In this document: in pieces, positions 22,216 to 27,687 of the stretch
How positions within the stretch are numbered: position 1 is the stretch's first letter
How the letters are laid out: every line of letters starts with the position of its first letter
DNA from: Octopus sinensis
Taxonomy: Eukaryota
Direction: 5' to 3'
Assembly (NCBI RefSeq): GCF_006345805.1
Contig: NW_021833408.1
Coordinates: 1-27,687 of the forward strand
DNA: 27,687 nucleotides
Translations under genes and position numbers: made by a program
The notes under the pieces: generated by a model
The model's database searches: none
What the model was told of the DNA's origin: nothing
The model's input: only the letters and a program-made list of their open reading frames with translations

Positions 22216-22426
22216 TGTCACTGCCTGGAATTGAACTCGGAATCTTGGGGTTAGTAGCCTGCACTCTTAACCACTACGCCATATGTCCACGGGCATATGG
22301 TGTAGTGATAAAGAGTGTGGGCTACCAACCCCAAGATTCCGAGTTCGATTCCAGGCAGTGACCTGAATAATAATAATAATAACAACAATAATAATAATAA
22401 TAATAATAATAATGATAGTAATATTA

Positions 22427-22461
<35 letters not shown>

Positions 22462-22519
22462 AATAATAACATCGAAAAAGTACCTTAGGAATGAGAACCC
22501 AGGTTCGAAATTTCCCCAA

Positions 22520-22565
22520 GACACCTGATGAAGGCTGGAGGGTATATCAGCTGAAACGTTGGGTT
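22520..22565 (+). ncRNA. Minimal type-I hammerhead ribozyme motif (dimer type)
   Basis: Stem I GACAC 22520-24 / GGGTT 22561-65 (GTGTT in the mirror copy). Core CTGATGA 22525-31, extra A 22532, stem II GGCTG/CAGCT, GAAA 22553-56, palindromic ACGT stem III. Predicted cleavage GUU after 22560. Confidence 0.7.
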
Positions 22566-22802
22566 AACAACAAACAAGATGAGAACAAATATCCATCAAA
22601 TGTAAATAATGTACTTTACGGAATATTCTAGATAATTTTTCCATGACACCAGTATTAATGAGGTCCCCAAATAATTTGAAAGACAGAGAAGAAAAAAACT
22701 CTTCGACTAAGTGGAGCTGCAGTAGAGATATAGGTGTTTTTATGACAGGTGTTGAGATCTACAATATAATAATCTGGCCCTCCGTCAGTTACAACAACAA
22801 TT

Positions 22803-23252
22803 GTTCCAGTTGATCCGATCAATGGGACAGCCTCCTCGTGGAATTTAATGTGCCAGTGGCTGAACACTCCATAGACATGCATGCCCTTAGTGTAGTTTAC
22901 AGGGAGATTCGGTGTGACACGGAATGTGACCAAGGCTGGCCCTTTGAAACACATCTACAGCTTATTTTTGCCAACCGAGTGAACTGGAGCAACAGGAAAT
23001 AAAGTGTCTTGCTCAAGGACACAATGCGTGGCTGGGAATTGAACTCATGATTTTATGATTTGCAAAGGTGTAGGAGTGGCTGTGTGGTAAGTAGCTTGCT
23101 TACAAACCACATGGTTCCAGGTTCAGTTCCACTGCTTGGCACCTTGGGCAAGTGTCCTCTACTATAGCCTCAGGCTGACCAAAGCCTTGTGACTGTATTT
23201 GGTAGATGGAAACTGATAGAAGCCCGTTGTATATATGTGTGTGTGTGCATAA

Positions 23253-23295
<43 letters not shown>

Positions 23296-23550
23296 TGTAT
23301 TTGTGTGTGTGTATGTGTTTGTGTGTCTGTGTTTGTCCCCCTAACATCGCTTGTGAACCGATGCTGGTGTGTTTACGCCCCTGTAGCTTAGCAGTTCGGC
23401 AAAAGAGACCAATGGAATAAGTACTAGGCTTACAAAGAATAAGTTCTGGGGTTGATTTGCTCGACTAAAGGTGGTGCTCCAGCATGACCACAGTCAAATG
23501 ACTGAAACAAGTAAAAGAGAATACCTTAACCATTGAGTCACATGTCTTCA
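22803..23550 (-). mobile_element. tRNA/CORE-like SINE family D, split by SINE-A
   Basis: Minus-strand A-box TGACTCAATGG (23530-40), B-box GAGTTCAATTCCC (23034-46), then GTCCTTGAGCAAGACACTTTATTTC (CORE-like). The 3' boundary is approximate. Confidence 0.6.
23067..23520 (+). mobile_element. SINE family A nested in the head of SINE family D
   Basis: Full copy lying between the A-box and B-box of an opposite-strand SINE. Confidence 0.88.
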
Positions 23551-23564
23551 TGCTACAATGTAAT

Positions 23565-24044
23565 TATTTCTTTATTGTCCACAGAAGGATAAACATAGAG
23601 GGGACAAACAAGGACAGACAAAGGGATTAAGTCGATTATATCGACCCCAGTGCATAACTGGTACTTATCTAATCAATCCCGAATGAATGAAAGGCAAAGT
23701 CAACCTTGGCAGAATTTGAACTCAGAACATAACGGCAGACAAAATACCTATTTCTTTATTACCCACAAGGGGCTAAACACAGAGGGGACAAACAAGGACA
23801 AACATAGGTATTAAGTCGATTACATCAACCCCAGTGCGTAACTGGTACTTAATTTATCGACCCCGAAAGGATGAAAGGCAAAGTCGACCTTGGCAGAATT
23901 TGAACCCACAACGTAACGACAGACGAAATACCGCTAAGCATTTCACCCAGCGTGCTAACGTTTCTGGCAGCTCGCCGCCATCGGCAGACAATATACCACT
24001 AAGCACTTTACCCAGCATGCTAACGTTTCTACCAGCTTGCCGCC
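23565..24044 (-). mobile_element. SINE family B: two tandem body units plus a duplicated head
   Basis: Two ~185-bp units (23565-23745 and 23746-23930), head ending at 23979, and a second head copy at ~23983-24044. Confidence 0.85.
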
Positions 24045-24404
24045 TTCCTATATGCTACAATATAATCGAGGGACAGGAACAGGTGTCTTGCTGTAGATAC
24101 ACGATACATAATTATCTCACATTACATACGGGTGGGTGGAAATAATGTTAAGCATTTTGGAAAAGATCAGGGTGGGTTCATTGATTGAATTGGATGGTCT
24201 CAACACTTCTTTTGGCATGGAACCTTTATGGCATTTTTCAAAAAATTACAGAGCCCCTACCAATATTTTACAGACAAAGCTTGCAATCCAAATGTTAAAT
24301 ATGATAAAACATAAAACAAAATTCAATTCAGAGAGAGAATTTATTCAAAGAAAGAAAATTAAATATAGTAAATTATTAAATTGAAAATGGTAATTCTTTT
24401 ATAT

Positions 24405-24540
24405 TTTTACCTGTTGCAGTTTTGGTCTGCAACCATGCTGGAGCACCACCTTCAAGAAATCCACTCATATTTTATTCTATTGCCCTCTGTTGCTCAACTA
24501 CTAAGTAACAGGGATGTAAACAAACCAACACCAGGTGTAA
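24405..24540 (-). mobile_element. Degenerate 3' part of SINE family A
   Basis: CCATGCTGGAGCACCACC...CTAAGTAACAGGGATGTAAACAAACC resembles the reverse complement of the family-A 3' half. Confidence 0.5.
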
Positions 24541-24681
24541 AGTGGCAAGAGAACATACATACATACATAGATATATGCATATATATATATAGGGAGAGTT
24601 TACAAAAAAAACAAAAGACGAAGACAGGTGGTGTACAAAACAAACAGATGTATTAGTATAATGCTCAGGAATTGAAGAAGT

Positions 24682-24717
24682 CTTTTACGTTTCGAGCCTA
24701 CGCTCTTCTACAGAAAG
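24682..24717 (-). ncRNA. Hammerhead-like motif with A6U core variant
   Basis: Minus strand: CTTT CTGTAGA A GAGC GTAG GCTC GAAA CGTA AAAG. Stem I CTTT/AAAG, stem II GAGC/GCTC, ACGT palindrome, GUA cleavage triplet. It lies in a ~200-bp TA-flanked segment (24592-24790). Confidence 0.55.
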
Positions 24718-24846
24718 GAACACAGAAATAAACAGAAAGAGAAACAAGGAGAGATAAAAATGAGTGTAGTGGCTAACGATCTATCATGCATATATGTGTA
24801 TATATTATATACATACACATATATATACAAACATATAACATAAGCA

Positions 24847-24905
<59 letters not shown>

Positions 24906-24931
24906 TATATTATATATATATATATATATAT

Positions 24932-25161
24932 GCCAGTGACCCCTGACTGGCTCCCGTGCTATTGGCACATAAAAAATTACCCACTGCATTCTTGGAATGG
25001 ATGGCATTAGGAAGAGCATCCAGCTGTAGAAACCTTGCCAGATCAGATTGGAGCCTGGTGCAGCCTCCTGGCTTGCTAGTCCTCAGTCAAACTGTCCAAC
25101 CCATGCCAGCATGGAAGACGGACGTTAAACAATGATGATGATGATGATGATGATGATGATG
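24932..25161 (+). mobile_element. RTE 3' end with (GAT)n tail
   Basis: GGCATTAGGAAGAGCATCCAGCTGTAGAAAC...CCATGCCAGCATGGAAGACGGACGTTAAAC(AATG)ATGATG. Confidence 0.88.
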
Positions 25162-25514
25162 TTTTGTTTGAGCCTTAATTCTCTGCAAATCTTGCAGTTG
25201 TTGCCAATATTCAAAGTTCTCATCTTATCATTAAAGGCATGAAACTAGGTGTTAGTGTTTTTCTGTCGATAACTGATGAAGAACTACGGTTCTGGTGTCT
25301 GTCTGTCCTACCTGTACGTTTTGTAGTATTTAATGCATGTTCATATATTGAGTAACTGAACATCACACACACTGACTTTTGTGAATTCATATATATATAT
25401 ACTGTTGTATCTGGGGAGAGTCATTTTCTTTTTGTGCCTTATAATTTAACACACTCACCGGTAAAATTTCCACTTATTTCTACATATTTATACATACATA
25501 CATAGATACATACA

Positions 25515-26280
25515 TCCTTGTAACTTAGCAGTTTGGCGGCGAGCTGGCAGAAACGTTACCACGCCGGGCGAAATGTGTAGCCGTATTTCGTCTGCCATTA
25601 TGTTCTGAGTTCAAATTCCGCCAAGGTCGACTTTGCCTTTCATCCTTCCGGGGTCAATAAATTAAGTACCAGTTTCGCACTGGGGGGGTCAATGTAATCG
25701 ACTTAATACCTATGTCTGTGTCCTGTCCTTGTTTGTCCCCTCTATGTTTAGCCTAGCCCCTTGTGGGTAGTAAGAAATAGGTATTTCGTCTGGCGCTATG
25801 TTCTGAGTTCAAATTCCGCTGAGGTCGACTTTGCCTTTCATCCTTCCGGGGTCAATAAATTAAGTACCAGTTTCGCACTGGGGGGTCAATGTAATCGACT
25901 TAATACCTATGTCTGTCCTTGTTTGTCCCCTCTATGTTTAGCCCCTTGTGGGTAGTAAAGAAATAGGTATTTCGTCTGGCGCTACGTTCTGAGTTCAAAT
26001 TCCGCTGAGGTCGACTTTGCCTTTCATCCTTCCGGGGTCAATAAATTAAGTACCAGTTTCGCACTGGGGGGGTCGATGTAATCGACTTAATACCTATGTC
26101 TGTCCTTGTTTGTCCCCTCTATGTTTAGCCCCTTGTGGGTAATACAGAAATAGGTTTGGCAAAAGAGACCGAGAGAATAAGTATTAAGCTTACAAAGAAT
26201 AAATTCTGGGGTTGATTTCTTTGACTAAAAGGCAGTGCTCCAGCTTGGCCGCACCCAAACGACTGAAACAAGTAAAAGAA
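25515..26280 (+). mobile_element. 3' half of SINE family A interrupted by the family-B array
   Basis: CTTGTAACTTAGCAGTTTGGC (ending at 25537) resumes as GTTTGGCAAAAGAGACCG... at 26154-26280. Confidence 0.75.
25535..26154 (+). mobile_element. SINE family B: head + three tandem body units
   Basis: Units begin ATTTCGTCTG at 25585, 25783 and 25969 (198, 186 and 186 bp), each with B-box GAGTTCAAATTCC. Confidence 0.9.
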
Positions 26281-26879
26281 CATGTGTGTGTGTGTTTATT
26301 TAACCGTACATGGAGGACAAGCGATATGGCCCTGTGGCTAGGAATTTCAACTCCAGACTCAGAGATGTTATTATCAAAACCCAGTTCCAAGAAAATAACC
26401 ATCAGTTATTTCAATGACACAGATGGTCACATATTTAACAAGTTGCCGGAGGAATCGGCAGAAAAATCTGGAAATCTCTTTTAATGTGAGGTAGACAGAG
26501 ATTGATGTCTTAAAAGATAGAACGAAGAAGAACGGGGTGGGTTAGGGCGTTAGAAGTTTATTCCTCCCACACTCACCGAAGTCGTACATCAGCTTCTAGG
26601 AAGCTTCTAGAGACATCTAGGTGAATATTTTGCATTATATAATATTTGTGTACTATACGTGTTAATGTGTGTTTGTGTGTGATTGTGTGTGTGTGTGTGC
26701 ATTGGTGCATGTGAGGAGGTGGGCAGTGGACTGTGTCGGCAAAAATTTGTACTTTAAAGTTGAAAGTTCTCTTTTACTTTATTTTATTTATTTTTTTTTT
26801 CTTCTCTTTTGATGATGGATCAATCGCAAACCTCTCATTCCCCTTCTCCTACTAACATGGTCATGACATTTTGGCATAT

Positions 26880-26914
26880 TTTATATATGTATAATATATA
26901 TATATATATATATA

Positions 26915-26958
<44 letters not shown>

Positions 26959-27359
26959 TATTATATATATATATATTATATAACAACACACACACAAACA
27001 TGTGTAATATATATGTATATAATAAAATATGTTGTGTGTGTATATAAAAACTAATGATATATCTATATATATATATATATATATATGCATTATGTATGTA
27101 TATATATGCACACTCATGACTTTTGACTTATACTTTATATACGCTGTATATATATATTTATGTGTGTGTGTGTAGAGAGAGAGAGAGGGAGAAGAAGGAG
27201 AAAGAGAGAGGGAAAGGCGTATACACAAACACATGCGTACATAAATATACGTATATATAAAAATATGTGTATGTATATATAAAAACTGATGATATATATA
27301 TATGTATATATATACATGTATATATATATATGTATATATATATGTATATAAATTTTTAT

Positions 27360-27415
<56 letters not shown>
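26880..27415. repeat. (TA)n, (GA)n and (CA)n microsatellites
   Basis: Direct inspection. Confidence 0.95.
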
Positions 27416-27687
27416 TTCAAGGTGGTAGATGGGGGGTACGAAGTGAGGGGAGTGAGATGTGAGTATCAGATAGCAAGGTAAACATGTCTTCACACCCAAC
27501 ACACGAGATGCCAATCCTTGATAGCAGTCGCTACTACTTCCAGGAACTATTTTGGTTTCTGGAAACATTCTTGAAATGTTGAAATGTTGATGTATACATT
27601 GTTGCTGTTGTTGTTTGTTGTTCTTCTTCTTCTTCTTCTGCTATTACTGCTCCTGCTGTTCTTCTTCTTTGACACTCTTGTCTTCTA

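Larger units (their letters stand above)
22033..22613. mobile_element. Head-to-head palindromic element: tRNA-derived head + (TAA)n + hammerhead-containing tail in each arm (putative Penelope-mobilised non-autonomous element)
   Basis: Left arm 22033-22288 is the reverse complement of right arm 22291-22613, with a 2-nt spacer (AC). Each arm read outward has an A-box (TGGCGTAGTGG left, TGGTGTAGTGA 22298-22308 right), a B-box (GTTCGATTCC 22343-22352), a TAA array, then CTGATGA...GAAACGTT. Confidence 0.85.

Noticed and set aside
22291-22365. tRNA gene
   Set aside because: A and B boxes are present, but the acceptor stem does not pair and the sequence continues into a repeat body. It is a SINE head, not a functional tRNA.
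25585-26154. Tandem ~186-bp repeats as a CRISPR-like or satellite array
   Set aside because: The units are whole SINE bodies with no unique spacers, in a eukaryotic context.
57-27568. Most ORFs in the six-frame track (poly-YI, CV, HT, SL, DDD, HHH peptides and recurring SINE peptides such as RQASFSFRLPNPLTR)
   Set aside because: They are translations of microsatellites or SINE copies; the same peptides recur wherever the repeats recur.

Overview
AT-rich eukaryotic, non-coding (intronic or intergenic) window dominated by microsatellites and nested transposable-element relics. The repeat content resembles octopus (coleoid cephalopod) genomes; this is inference, not verified. No intact protein-coding gene, rRNA, tRNA gene or CRISPR array is supported. 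Nearly all ORFs in the supplied track are microsatellite or SINE artefacts. Recognisable elements are: about 11 copies of a ~420-bp tRNA-headed CORE-like SINE (family A); a second tRNA SINE (family B) that forms tandem arrays; two further SINE types; an RTE-clade LINE (two RT fragments, a PHD-type C4HC3 finger inside the RT region, about 9 short 3' ends with (GAT)n tails); a CR1-like LINE RT pseudogene split by a SINE; a deleted Tc1/mariner element; a piggyBac-like MITE; a 380-bp non-autonomous Helitron; and a 1.5-kb TTATAGG(TG)n satellite. The most interesting signal is three large head-to-head palindromes with the same layout (module - microsatellite - module | mirror) at ~5060-5635, 6146-7045 and 22033-22613. 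Two of them carry minimal type-I hammerhead-ribozyme motifs with a palindromic stem III and one extra nucleotide after A9. One of those fuses the ribozyme to a Pol III tRNA-like head. A third hammerhead-like motif (A6U core variant) lies at 24682-24717. Together these suggest Penelope-mobilised, self-cleaving fold-back non-autonomous elements.
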